64,000 nucleotides of DNA, from assembly GCA_020346225.1 (NCBI GenBank), contig CP070777.1, positions 2,554,772 through 2,618,771 of the forward strand, in the 5' to 3' direction. How positions within the stretch are numbered: the first letter of the stretch is position 1; the number at the start of each line of letters is the position of its first letter. Positions 1-9,614 of the stretch are shown here, piece by piece. This DNA is from Candidatus Zixiibacteriota bacterium. GTDB lineage: Bacteria > Zixibacteria > MSB-5A5 > GN15 > FEB-12. The notes below the pieces were generated by a model. The model did no database searches. It was not told where the DNA came from and saw only the letters and a list, made by a program, of their open reading frames with translations. The position numbers and the translations under genes were made by a program.

Positions 1-294
1 AGCAACGACTCGGCATCACTTTTCGAAACACCGCTTTTGACGCTTGACACCCTGCTGGCCCAACCGGCTCCGGTGTCCATAGCCACCGGTATTGCCACGG
101 CGGAAGCCGTCACGGCCGGAGAGATTCACCTGGAGAACGAGGATGTTCAGATACTCAACAACGATTCGTTGTACATTCGTCAGCAGCTCTTCCTTAACGC
201 TTCCGATACCAGCGGAGTACAGCTCACCGAGAACGATTACATAACAATCAACGGCCGTATCGAAGTGGTTTACCGCTTCGACGGAGACTTCTAA
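1..294 (+). CDS. 3' end of an unidentified protein, truncated by the window edge
   Basis: Frame +1 is open from base 1 to TAA at 292-294, so the ORF-track Met at 37 is internal. The protein ends ...VVYRFDGDF with an aromatic C-terminus. The AGGAGG of the next gene follows the stop directly. No family recognised. Confidence 0.5.
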   Translation, partial: SNDSASLFETPLLTLDTLLAQPAPVSIATGIATAEAVTAGEIHLENEDVQILNNDSLYIRQQLFLNASDTSGVQLTENDYITINGRIEVVYRFDGDF

Positions 295-305
295 AGGAGG
301 CTGCC

Positions 306-1598
306 ATGAGAAGCGCACTGCATACGACACGCGACAGGGGCGGCCGCAAGCTCGCCTCCCGGGGAGTCCTGGTTCTAAGTACGATATGGCTGGCGCTGCT
401 GACAGCGGCACCGGCGGCGCAGGAGGTCTCGTCGGCCCGCAGCGTGGCACTCGGGTCGGCGGCCATGTCGCTGGCAAGGGGTGTGGACGCGGCCAAGTTT
501 AACCCGGCCAATCTGGGCCTCAAAGAATTTCAGGTCAGGGCGGTCGAACTTGTCGGGTTCGGCGCCAACATATCCAACAACTCTTTCACCCTTGGCGATT
601 ACAACAAGTACACGGGGGCGGTGCTTACCGACGATGATAAGGCCGACATCCTCAGCAAGGTTGACGACGCCGGCCTGAAGCTGACAGCCCAGGCCGATGC
701 TTCGGCGCTGGCCGTCGCGATGGGCCAGTTCGCTTTCGGAGTCACGGCGAGCGGGATGGCAGACATCAACCTCAGCAAAGACATCATCGAACTTCTGCTG
801 AACGGCAATACCTTCGCGGACACGATCGAGGTCACCGGTTCATACTCGGAAGGCGTCGCCTACGCCTCGGCCTTTCTGTCGTACGGCCGGTGCGTATACC
901 AGGCCGGAACCCGCGAGCTGGCCATCGGCGCCACGGCCAAGTACCTGTACGGCCTGGGGGTCGAGCGGGTGGTCGAACTCGAGGGTCTGGCCGCCACTTT
1001 CGCGACCGGTTTCGCCGGTGAGGGGGAAATGATCATTCAGACAGCCGCCGGTGGGAGCGGCTACGCTCTCGACCTTGGAGCGGCGCTGAAGCTCAACGAC
1101 AATTACACGGTCGGCGCCAGAATCAAGAACTTCCTCAGTTCACTTACATGGAGCAAAGACGCCGAGGAACACGGTTTCATCTTCAGCTTCGACACCATGA
1201 CGGTGGAAAACATGGACGAGGACTATGTTGTCACCGACGACTACACGGTAGAGATCGATAACTTCAAGACCAATCTGCCGTCGCTGCTGAATGTCGGCGT
1301 GGCCAACACATCGGGGTCGTTGCTCTGGGCAATCGACTGGGAACAGGGCTTCCGGCGAGCCGCCGGGGCTTCATCGAAACCGCGTCTGTCGTGCGGAGTG
1401 GAATGGTCGCCGGTCGCGGCTATTCCATTGAGGGTCGGTTATTCCATGGGCGGCAACAGGAACACGACCTTCTCGTTCGGCTCCGGTTTCCACCTGCCCT
1501 ATTTCTTTTTCGACTACGCCGTAGTGACGGGGACTTCCATCTCCGGGTACTCATCCAAGGGACTGAATTTGGCTATCACCACAGGATTCTACTTCTAG
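306..1598 (+). CDS. outer-membrane beta-barrel protein, FadL/PorV/PorQ-like
   Basis: 430 aa with a hydrophobic signal-like N-terminus. Early motif SARSVALGSAAMSLARGVDAAKFNPANLGL is typical of FadL/PorV-type barrels. Alternating strand pattern, terminal ...TTGFYF. AGGAGG lies 6 nt before the ATG. Confidence 0.6.
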   Translation: MRSALHTTRDRGGRKLASRGVLVLSTIWLALLTAAPAAQEVSSARSVALGSAAMSLARGVDAAKFNPANLGLKEFQVRAVELVGFGANISNNSFTLGDYNKYTGAVLTDDDKADILSKVDDAGLKLTAQADASALAVAMGQFAFGVTASGMADINLSKDIIELLLNGNTFADTIEVTGSYSEGVAYASAFLSYGRCVYQAGTRELAIGATAKYLYGLGVERVVELEGLAATFATGFAGEGEMIIQTAAGGSGYALDLGAALKLNDNYTVGARIKNFLSSLTWSKDAEEHGFIFSFDTMTVENMDEDYVVTDDYTVEIDNFKTNLPSLLNVGVANTSGSLLWAIDWEQGFRRAAGASSKPRLSCGVEWSPVAAIPLRVGYSMGGNRNTTFSFGSGFHLPYFFFDYAVVTGTSISGYSSKGLNLAITTGFYF

Positions 1599-1613
1599 AA
1601 AGGAAACGCCAAA

Positions 1614-3374
1614 ATGTTCGGGGCTTACATACCGAGGGCTACGCGGATATGCCGAATAACGGTCGGTATTGCCGTGCTGTCAATGACAGCAGCCGTCAAT
1701 GCCTCCCCCCCGCACCCGAGTCTCGTCGAGGGGGTGGCCGCGGGGAAAAGGACGACACCGTATTTCATGAACCATGCCCGACAGTTGCGTGAGTCGGGCG
1801 TCAACGCGGGCTACAATCCCTTCGAGCTGCCGCCATCGGCCAAGATCACCGCACCGGCGACGGCCACCATTGCGGGTGATTTCCGCATGCTGGCGGTGCT
1901 GGTGCACTTCACCGATAAGAGCAGCTCAACGCCGGCGTCATACTTCGACAACCTCCTGTACGGGACTTCCGGGGTGACGCTGCGAGATTACTACGCCAGC
2001 GCCTCGTACGGGCAGCTCGACATCGTGACCGTCAATCTCCCGTCATCGACCGGCTGGTCAACGGCCCCGCAGACGTACGCGTACTACGTCAATGACGAAT
2101 CGGGCATCAATCCCGAAAGCTATCCGAACAATGCTCGAAAACTGGTGGAAGACCTAGTCGCCATTGTCGACGGGCAGGTGAACTTCTCGAATTACGATAA
2201 CGACGGCAACGGGTATGTCGACGTGCTGACGGTGATTCACGCCGGCCAGGGCGCCGAGAGAACAGGTTCCAATGCGGACATGTGGTCGCATATGTGGACG
2301 ATTTATCCTAAAATGACGAACGACGGGGTCTATGTGTCCACCTACACGATGCAGCCGGAATACATCGACGCCCCCGGCGACATGACTATCGGTGTTTACG
2401 CCCACGAGTTGGGCCATGCCTTCGGTCTGCCGGACCTGTATGATACCGATTTTACTTCCAACGGTATCGGCCGCTGGGGGGTCATGGGCTATGGCAGCTG
2501 GCTGGGACCGCATTCCCGCGGGGAAGTACCGGCATATCCATGCGGCTGGAGCCGCATTGAACTGGGATTCAACACCCCTACCGTCCCGACGCAGAACATC
2601 AACGGGCAGGCGATTCAGGATGTTAAGGTCGGCGAGGAAATATTCCGGCTCTGGACAGCCGGGGTTGCGGGTGCCGAGTACTTTCTTGTCGAGAACCGCC
2701 AGAAGACGGATTACGATACCTACCTGCCGGACGGCGGACTTCTGGTCTGGCACATCGACGAAACCAGGACCTCCAACGACTACGAGTGGTATCCCGGCCT
2801 GGACGCCGCTCAGCACTATCTGGTCGCACTGGAGCAGGCCGACGGGCTGTTCGGCATGGAGCATTGCTCGGACCTGGGCGACGCCCCCGATGTCTTCTCA
2901 GGCACCGGCGCCAATTCCTTCGACGCCATGTCTGCGACCAACTCCGACGCTTACACCAGCGGGCCCACGGCGGTCGCCATTGCCAACATATCCGAGGCGG
3001 CTGCGACCATGTATGCCGATTTCAGGGTGTCCCTGACGGGAGGAGTCGGCGAGGACACCGACGATCCGGGGGACGGCGACGTGGATATCCTTCCGGCTTC
3101 GGTACAACTGTCACAAAACTATCCCAATCCCTTCAATCCTTCGACGACCATCTCATTCTACCTTCGCGACAGAGGGACAGCACGTATCGACATTTTCAAC
3201 CTGATGGGACAGAGGATAAAGACGCTGCTGAATGAAACCGTCGAGGCGGGAATGACCCAAACGAACTGGGACGGCACCGACTACAACGACCGGACGGTAG
3301 CCTCCGGTATATATATTTACCGGCTACAGGCAGGCGACCAGCAACAGGCCAAAAAAATGATATTGCTGCGTTAA
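1614..3374 (+). CDS. secreted M6-family (InhA-like) zinc metalloprotease with T9SS type-A C-terminal sorting domain
   Basis: Signal peptide present. HELGHAFGLPDLYD provides the HEXXH zinc site as in M6 peptidases. The last ~80 aa (LSQNYPNPFNPSTTISF...SGIYIYRLQAGD...KKMILLR) match the Por/T9SS sorting-tail pattern. Confidence 0.85.
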   Translation: MFGAYIPRATRICRITVGIAVLSMTAAVNASPPHPSLVEGVAAGKRTTPYFMNHARQLRESGVNAGYNPFELPPSAKITAPATATIAGDFRMLAVLVHFTDKSSSTPASYFDNLLYGTSGVTLRDYYASASYGQLDIVTVNLPSSTGWSTAPQTYAYYVNDESGINPESYPNNARKLVEDLVAIVDGQVNFSNYDNDGNGYVDVLTVIHAGQGAERTGSNADMWSHMWTIYPKMTNDGVYVSTYTMQPEYIDAPGDMTIGVYAHELGHAFGLPDLYDTDFTSNGIGRWGVMGYGSWLGPHSRGEVPAYPCGWSRIELGFNTPTVPTQNINGQAIQDVKVGEEIFRLWTAGVAGAEYFLVENRQKTDYDTYLPDGGLLVWHIDETRTSNDYEWYPGLDAAQHYLVALEQADGLFGMEHCSDLGDAPDVFSGTGANSFDAMSATNSDAYTSGPTAVAIANISEAAATMYADFRVSLTGGVGEDTDDPGDGDVDILPASVQLSQNYPNPFNPSTTISFYLRDRGTARIDIFNLMGQRIKTLLNETVEAGMTQTNWDGTDYNDRTVASGIYIYRLQAGDQQQAKKMILLR

Positions 3375-3420
3375 GGAAGTTTCCCTTAACGAACCCGCGG
3401 TATCCCCTACTGAACGGCTG

Positions 3421-3455
3421 GACCCCGGAAGATGCTTCCGGGGTTCTCTTTTACT
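3421..3455 (+). terminator. intrinsic terminator between convergent genes
   Basis: 10-bp stem ACCCCGGAAG/CTTCCGGGGT with a 3-nt loop at 3422-3444, followed by TTCTCTTTT. It lies between the protease stop (3374) and the zinc-ribbon gene stop (3451). Confidence 0.7.
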
Positions 3456-3666
3456 CAGGATATTCGAAGTGGGGTTGCTCGACACTCTGGTGGTGTCTCT
3501 GTTCTCTGTTTGCCTTCTTGTACTTGGTGTGACAGGTTTTACAGCGCTTGGGATCTTCGGTGTAGCCTCGTTCAGCGAAGTACTCTTGTGCGGCGACCGT
3601 GAAGACGAATTCCTCGTTGCACTCCGTACAGATCAAGATCTTCGGTTCGAACCCGCTAGCCATCAA
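3451..3666 (-). CDS. zinc-ribbon domain protein (zf-trcl/PF13451-like)
   Basis: 71 aa with the pattern LICTECNEEFVFTVAAQEYFAERGYTEDPKRCKTCH, i.e. a CxxC...CxxC ribbon with the FxFxxxEQxF-like core of this family. Confidence 0.75.
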   Translation of the reverse strand: MMASGFEPKILICTECNEEFVFTVAAQEYFAERGYTEDPKRCKTCHTKYKKANREQRHHQSVEQPHFEYPE

Positions 3667-3739
3667 TCCCCCTCTCTTGGGAATGGACTAACAGTCCGTG
3701 TCAGCCGCATTCCGTTAGTTGCTCTTAGGGTATGAACCA

Positions 3740-3769
3740 TTAATATGAAATTGTCTGCAAACCTGTCAA
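3740..3769 (-). promoter_or_regulatory. sigma-70-type promoter candidate TTGACA-N18-TATTAA
   Basis: The minus strand reads TTGACA (3769-3764), an 18-nt spacer, then TATTAA (3745-3740). This is about 75 nt upstream of the zinc-ribbon ATG. Confidence 0.4.
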
Positions 3770-3866
3770 CAAAAAAACCGTTCGGGAGCAGCTTTGGAGA
3801 TAAAGAGGACCATTTTTGAATTGTTAAGCTGCAATCCGGCGCGGCGTGCGCTGCGGTGCGACAAAG

Positions 3867-5519
3867 CTACTCGAAGATCCAGGCCTTGAAATACTGGTCG
3901 GTGCCAATAGAGAGCTGCCACCGGTTCATCTCGGAGTACGCGAGATCTATACGCACGACGTTTCTGGTGGATTTCTCGAAGGCGATGCGAAGACCAAAGC
4001 CGGCCGCAAGGTATGTGTGGCCGAGAGTGACCGGCTCTTCTTTCTTCCAGATTGTGCCCCAGTCCGCGAAGACGACACCGCCGAAGATGGCCGACATGAA
4101 CCTGATATCGGGATAGAATCTGGCTTCGACGTTACCGACCACCTTGCGGTCACCGGTTCTGAAGTACTTGTCATAGCCCCGAACGCCGGTGGTTCCGCCG
4201 AGCCAGACGCCCTCGCGATCGGTGCGGTTCCAGTCGGATTCGTACAAGCCGCGCATGGCCAGCGTCAAGTAGGGTTTGAAGCGCGCGTAGTATCTTCCTG
4301 AGAGAACGGCTGAATGTCTGATAGCAATACTGCCCCTAAACCACCACACATGACGGTAATCCAGGAGCAGCAGGTGTCGAGACGAGCCTATATAGCGCAG
4401 AAGCTGGAGATACGCCTTGTCAAATACATGGTCCCCGAAAGACGGTTCGAAGGCGCGAGAATACGCCACCGCCAAAGAATAACCGAGCGTAAAGTCCTCG
4501 GTATAACCGAATCCTTCGATCTGGCTCAATTTGATAAATTCATAATCGGCGTAGCCGGCGGAAACCTCCACTTCGTGGTATAGAGAATCCTCCGCCAGAC
4601 TGGCCGTGACAAGAGCGCTGTCACCGGCGGCAGCGGACAGCACCCTGATATCGGTCGTACGTTCGTAGCGATATTTGTAGTCGAGCTCCAGGGTTACTTT
4701 CCTCTGAGGGTCGCCGAAGCGATAAGCCGCGAAGGTCCTGGCGACGTCACCGTCAAAGAATGACTCACCGATCTTGAGGCTGTCACTATAAACATCGCGA
4801 CGGCCGCTGAAGTTGGTTACGGCAACACCGTAGGCGTAGGCTTGCTCGCGATCGTAATACGGGCGCGTCAATTCGATACTTTCGATTTCACTGACCGGGT
4901 TGGTGCTGAAACTGAGCTGGAGACGATAACGCCTGCCGAGGAAACGATTGTCGAAGAAAGCCGCTTCGATGAAGTCTTCATCGTCGGACTGGCCAAAGAA
5001 GTAGAACGAAACAAGCTGGTTGTTACCCAGGAAGTTCTTTTCATCGAAGCCTATCTGGTAGCGCGTCTCGTTACCTTCCCGGCCGTAACTGAAGCCGCCG
5101 GTAAGACTCCACTGGTCAACAGTGACGACGCGAAGGAGAACGCCGCCGCCGGGCAGCATTTCCACTTCCGTCCAAGCGTCATATACGACCAGGCTGTTGC
5201 GGATGTTTCTGGCCGTCTCCTCGGCCAGACGATGGTTATACTGCTGTCCCTTTTTCAGGAGCAGCTCCCTCTCAATTACGTGTCGCCGCGTTTTGATGTG
5301 AAGCTTATTGGCCAGCCGAAACCAGAACCGATCATAGGCCCTGTCGCCGGTGTCATAGATATTGCGATTATCTATTTCGAGCGAGTCTATGAGCAGGCCG
5401 TTGTAGTGAGCAGCAGCCGAATCGCCCCCGAGGACGGCCGGACTATCGGCCCCGAAAGCGGCCGTCAGCATGCTGTTCAAAAAGAGAACAGTACCCAGTA
5501 TTACCGATGCGGATTTCAA
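3867..5519 (-). CDS. Omp85/BamA-family outer membrane protein (POTRA plus D15 surface-antigen barrel)
   Basis: 550 aa, TTG start with AGGAG 6 nt upstream, and a signal peptide. A POTRA-like segment (HIKTRRHVIERELLLKKGQQYNHRLAEETARNIRN) precedes a long Gly/Tyr-rich beta-barrel region. Confidence 0.75.
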   Translation of the reverse strand: MKSASVILGTVLFLNSMLTAAFGADSPAVLGGDSAAAHYNGLLIDSLEIDNRNIYDTGDRAYDRFWFRLANKLHIKTRRHVIERELLLKKGQQYNHRLAEETARNIRNSLVVYDAWTEVEMLPGGGVLLRVVTVDQWSLTGGFSYGREGNETRYQIGFDEKNFLGNNQLVSFYFFGQSDDEDFIEAAFFDNRFLGRRYRLQLSFSTNPVSEIESIELTRPYYDREQAYAYGVAVTNFSGRRDVYSDSLKIGESFFDGDVARTFAAYRFGDPQRKVTLELDYKYRYERTTDIRVLSAAAGDSALVTASLAEDSLYHEVEVSAGYADYEFIKLSQIEGFGYTEDFTLGYSLAVAYSRAFEPSFGDHVFDKAYLQLLRYIGSSRHLLLLDYRHVWWFRGSIAIRHSAVLSGRYYARFKPYLTLAMRGLYESDWNRTDREGVWLGGTTGVRGYDKYFRTGDRKVVGNVEARFYPDIRFMSAIFGGVVFADWGTIWKKEEPVTLGHTYLAAGFGLRIAFEKSTRNVVRIDLAYSEMNRWQLSIGTDQYFKAWIFE

Positions 5520-5675
5520 TTACAGCTCCTGTTCAGGCCAATGTACGCAAGGTCGTGCGGCAGGCAACAAATACTTGCCATTTTCTCGGATGAGGCGCCC
5601 GCCGAGCGCTTCAGGGATGCCGACAAGACTCCGATAATATAATAACTGCGAAATGATTTGAACCCTTCGGGAAAA

Positions 5676-7418
5676 ATGGCAAAGAAAAAGATCGGTGATC
5701 TTCTGGTCGAAAAGGGCCTGATCACCCCCCAGCAGCTGGAAGAAGGGTTAAAGGAGCAGAGCGTCCTGGGCAAGCGCCTCGGCGAGATCCTGGTTGAGAA
5801 GGGTCACCTGACCGAGGACCAGCTCATTGACGCCGTTTCCGAGCGCCTGTCGATTCCCAAGATAAGCCTCACGTCGATGGTCATCGACCCGCAGATCGTC
5901 CAGAGGGTCAGCGTCGACGTCGCCCGCCGCTACACGCTTATCCCGGTCTTCGAGATCGGCAACACCCTGACGCTTGCCATGGCCGACCCGCTTAATATCA
6001 TTGCCATCGACGAGATCAAGTACCTGACCGGGCTCAATATCAAGCGGGCGATAGCCACCTCCTCTGAAATCAGGGATGCCATCGACCAGTACTACTCGGT
6101 CGGGGATTCCCTTTCGCATATTATGGGTCGGCGGGGCGAGGATATCACTCCCTCGGTCGACAGCATTTCATCGCTGGCGGACCCGCAGTCGGAAACGCCG
6201 ATCATAAAACTGGTCAACCTGACCATCGCCAAGGCGGTCAAAGAACGGGCCTCTGACATTCACATCGAGCCCGAGGAGACCCGTCTGAGGATACGTTATC
6301 GCGTCGACGGGGTCATGCGGGAAGAAGCGGCGCCGCCGAAATCGATGCAGAACGAGCTCATCTCGCGGATCAAGATTGCCGCCAATCTGGACGTGTCGGA
6401 AAAGCGGGTGCCGCAGGACGGCCGCTTTTTCATGAAGGTCGAGGGACAGAGTGTCGACCTGCGCGTATCGACCCTGCCCACCATTCACGGAGAGAAGATC
6501 GTGATTCGAATCCTCGACCGGCGCAACCTGCTGCTGTCGCTTGACAGGCTGGGTTTCTCCAGCCGGCTCGAAGAGAAGTGGCGGAACGTCATCCACAAAC
6601 CGGAGGGGCTGGTCCTGATTTCGGGTCCCACCTCCAGCGGAAAAACCTCCACCCTGTACGCGGCTCTTCACGAGCTAAACTCGATCGAGAAGAACATCAT
6701 TACCGTCGAGGACCCGGTGGAGTATTCCCTGCCGCTGATAATCCAGATACAGATAAATGAAAAGGCCGGGCTGACCTTTCCCTCCACTCTGCGCGCGATA
6801 CTCCGACAGAATCCCGATGTCATCATGATCGGAGAGATCCGTGATACCGAAACAGCCCAGATGGCCATCCGGTCGTCGCTGACAGGTCACCTGGTATTTT
6901 CGACCATTCATACCAACGACGCACCCTCGGCCATCACGCGACTGGTAGACATGGGCATTGAGAGTTACCTGGTAGCCTCGGCCATCAAAGGAGTCCTGGC
7001 GCAGCGCCTGGTGCGGGTTAACTGCCCGGAATGCAGCCAGTCGTACACGCCGGCCGACACAATACTGCAGCGTGCGGGACTGGCGGACCTGGCTGATTGC
7101 ATCGATTTCCAGCGCGGGGTGGGATGCCCGGCGTGCAAGATGACCGGTTTCAAGGGACAGACGGGAATCTTCGAGTTCGTCGAGCTCAACCCGATCCTGG
7201 CCGAGCTGGTTATCAAGAACGCCTCCCTCAACCAGATTAGCATGGAAGCCTCCAAATACGGCTATATCCCGCTTTTCGAGATGGGCATGGAGAAGCTCAC
7301 GGCCGGGACCATTTGCCTGGAAGAGTTGCTTAAAGAGACGACCAATATCGACACCTACCGCGATCCGAATGCCAAAGTTGAGGTGACCGAGGTCGATGCC
7401 CACTCAGTTCAAATATAG
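5676..7418 (+). CDS. pilB: type IV pilus / type II secretion assembly ATPase (PilB/GspE family)
   Basis: N-terminal T2SSE_N/MshEN-like domain (IGDLLVEKGLITPQQLEEGLKEQ), Walker A GPTSSGKTS, tetracysteine CPEC...CPAC. The ATG at 5676 is preferred over the ORF-track TTG at 5658. Confidence 0.9.
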   Translation: MAKKKIGDLLVEKGLITPQQLEEGLKEQSVLGKRLGEILVEKGHLTEDQLIDAVSERLSIPKISLTSMVIDPQIVQRVSVDVARRYTLIPVFEIGNTLTLAMADPLNIIAIDEIKYLTGLNIKRAIATSSEIRDAIDQYYSVGDSLSHIMGRRGEDITPSVDSISSLADPQSETPIIKLVNLTIAKAVKERASDIHIEPEETRLRIRYRVDGVMREEAAPPKSMQNELISRIKIAANLDVSEKRVPQDGRFFMKVEGQSVDLRVSTLPTIHGEKIVIRILDRRNLLLSLDRLGFSSRLEEKWRNVIHKPEGLVLISGPTSSGKTSTLYAALHELNSIEKNIITVEDPVEYSLPLIIQIQINEKAGLTFPSTLRAILRQNPDVIMIGEIRDTETAQMAIRSSLTGHLVFSTIHTNDAPSAITRLVDMGIESYLVASAIKGVLAQRLVRVNCPECSQSYTPADTILQRAGLADLADCIDFQRGVGCPACKMTGFKGQTGIFEFVELNPILAELVIKNASLNQISMEASKYGYIPLFEMGMEKLTAGTICLEELLKETTNIDTYRDPNAKVEVTEVDAHSVQI

Positions 7419-8613
7419 GGCCCTTTCAGCTGATGGCACTCCCCGGAGGGGAGTCATAACAGCCGAGAACACCGAGCAGGTGGTCGAATACCTGGCCTCG
7501 CAGAAATTCGTCCCCGTCAAAATCTCCCCGGTCACCAAGAAACTGTCGTTCTCGTTTCTGGGTTTCTTCACCCGCGCCGATTACGAGAACCTGATCGTCT
7601 TCACCAACAACCTGGCCACGATGTACCGCTCCGGTATACCGCTGTTGAAGGCCCTCTCGATTATTCGAGTGGGGCCGCTGACCGGTCGCTTCAACCACGC
7701 TATCCAGCAGATCAAGTACAGCGTGCAGTCAGGGAAATCGCTTTCGGAAGCGATGGCCGAGTTCGATGATATCTTCTCGCGCGTCTACCGCAACAGTATC
7801 GCGGCCGGCGAAGAGTCCGGTCGACTCGAGGACATTCTCGACGAGCTTTCCCAGATGATGGAAAAGGAGATGGAGCTGTCGCGACAGGTTCGGTCCGGAC
7901 TGAGATACCCTGTAATCGTCCTGATCGTGATTGCCCTGGCATTCGTGGTATTGATGACCTATGTCATCCCGCGATTTCTCCAATTCTATTCGTCGTTTGG
8001 CGCCGAGTTGCCGCTACCGACAAAGATATTCATCGCCACCAGCAATTTCTTCACCCAGTACTGGGCGCTTGTTCTGGCCGTGCTCATCGCGCTGGCGATT
8101 GGATTCAAGAAGTTGGTCAGCCACGAAAAGGGGAAGCTCTGGGTGGACCGGCAACTTTTGAAATTGCCGGTTTTCGGCAGCCTGATTCTCAAGAGCAATG
8201 TGGCTCGTTTTTCCATGATGTTTCGGATTCTATTCAGAGCCGGTCTTCCGATAATCCAGTCGCTCCACATCCTGGCCGATTCGGTCAACAACAGTGTGGT
8301 CAGCGGGGAAATCAACAAGCTGGAGGACGCCTTTCGGAGGGGCTCGGACTCGGACCTCATGAATGAAAGCTTCGAGCACTTCCCGGATTTGGCTAAGCAA
8401 ATGATGGCCATAGGCTTAGAGACCGGCGCCCTGGAGCGGATGCTCAATGAAGTGGGTATATTTTACTCCAAAGAGGTACAGTATACCTCGCGCCATTTGA
8501 CGGCCATTTTGGAGCCGATTCTGACCATGGTGGTGGCCGTTTTCGTGCTGATCATGGCCCTGGCTATCTTCTTGCCTATGTGGAACTTGATCAAGGTTTT
8601 CAACGCCGGCTGA
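7396..8613 (+). CDS. pilC: type IV pilus / T2SS inner-membrane platform protein (PilC/GspF family)
   Basis: 405 aa with the duplicated GspF-type domain and three TM segments. It overlaps the ATPase gene by 23 nt. Confidence 0.9.
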   Translation: MPTQFKYRALSADGTPRRGVITAENTEQVVEYLASQKFVPVKISPVTKKLSFSFLGFFTRADYENLIVFTNNLATMYRSGIPLLKALSIIRVGPLTGRFNHAIQQIKYSVQSGKSLSEAMAEFDDIFSRVYRNSIAAGEESGRLEDILDELSQMMEKEMELSRQVRSGLRYPVIVLIVIALAFVVLMTYVIPRFLQFYSSFGAELPLPTKIFIATSNFFTQYWALVLAVLIALAIGFKKLVSHEKGKLWVDRQLLKLPVFGSLILKSNVARFSMMFRILFRAGLPIIQSLHILADSVNNSVVSGEINKLEDAFRRGSDSDLMNESFEHFPDLAKQMMAIGLETGALERMLNEVGIFYSKEVQYTSRHLTAILEPILTMVVAVFVLIMALAIFLPMWNLIKVFNAG

Positions 8614-8697
8614 GCAGTAAAAAATTGACCGAAAATACCGATTAAATAAGAAAGAAATCGAAATCGACAACCTACCAAAAACCCATTAGGAGGCGTT

Positions 8698-9114
8698 ATG
8701 TTTGCCAGAGGGAACCAAAAGGGATTCACTCTCATCGAACTGGTGATGATCATCGTGATCCTCGGGATTCTGGCCGCGGTAGCCATCCCGAAGTATCAGG
8801 ACCTGTCGGGTGAGGCCAAGGAAGCCGCAGCCCGCGGCGCCCTGGGCGCAGTCAGGTCGGCTATAACGATCTACTACGCTAACCATGCTGTCATTGACAG
8901 TGCCCACTGGCCGCCCATTGACAGTGTCATTTTGGCTATCATGGCGCAGGGGATTCCGAATAACCCGTACTGCCCGAGCGACGAGTATCCGGATTCAGTG
9001 GTCACTGGCGCCACGAAAGGCACTATAGTCGGCACCGATTGCGGCTGGGCTTATCTGGACACCTACGGCGAGATCTGGCTCAACACCGACGTGGTCGGTG
9101 AGAACGACTGGTAG
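8698..9114 (+). CDS. prepilin-type N-terminal cleavage/methylation domain pilin
   Basis: Leader MFARGNQKG then FTLIELVMIIVILGILAAVAIPKY, the class III signal (G|F with Glu at +5). TAGGAGG RBS upstream. Confidence 0.85.
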   Translation: MFARGNQKGFTLIELVMIIVILGILAAVAIPKYQDLSGEAKEAAARGALGAVRSAITIYYANHAVIDSAHWPPIDSVILAIMAQGIPNNPYCPSDEYPDSVVTGATKGTIVGTDCGWAYLDTYGEIWLNTDVVGENDW

Positions 9115-9134
9115 TACAGTACCCTGTCAAATCA

Positions 9135-9602
9135 GTGAGCCAGAATTGTCATAAGCAAGGGGGCAAGCTCGCCCAGCGCGGGTTCACCCTGGTCGAGCTT
9201 GTCATGATTATTGTCGCCCTGGGTATTCTGGCCGCCGTAGCTATTCCGAAGTTCACCGACGTCAGCGAAAGCTCCAAGGTTACCGCGACCAAAAAGGAGA
9301 TGCTGGCGCTGAAAATGGCGATCAGCGGCAACCCGGATGCCATTGCGGGCGGAAAGTATGTGGACCGCGGGTTCGAGGGCGATGTCGGATTCGCACCGTC
9401 ACTGCTTGAGGACCTGGCCGCCAAACCCGACTCGGTTTCGGATTATAATAAACTGACCGGGCTGGGCTGGAACGGGCCTTATATCGACAGTACCGAAGGG
9501 AAGTATCTGAAGGACGCCTGGGATACGGATTATGTGTACCAACCGTCGAACCGACGGATCATCTCGGTGGGAGGTTCGGATAGCATCATTGTTGGATTCT
9601 AG
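9135..9602 (+). CDS. GspG-like pseudopilin / minor pilin
   Basis: RGFTLVELVMIIVALGILAAVAIPKF prepilin signal. The C-terminal part (GWNGPYI...KDAWDTDYVYQ) resembles GspG. GTG start; there is no in-frame ATG upstream of the G|F site. Confidence 0.8.
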   Translation: MSQNCHKQGGKLAQRGFTLVELVMIIVALGILAAVAIPKFTDVSESSKVTATKKEMLALKMAISGNPDAIAGGKYVDRGFEGDVGFAPSLLEDLAAKPDSVSDYNKLTGLGWNGPYIDSTEGKYLKDAWDTDYVYQPSNRRIISVGGSDSIIVGF

Positions 9603-9614
9603 ACCGGGGTCTTT

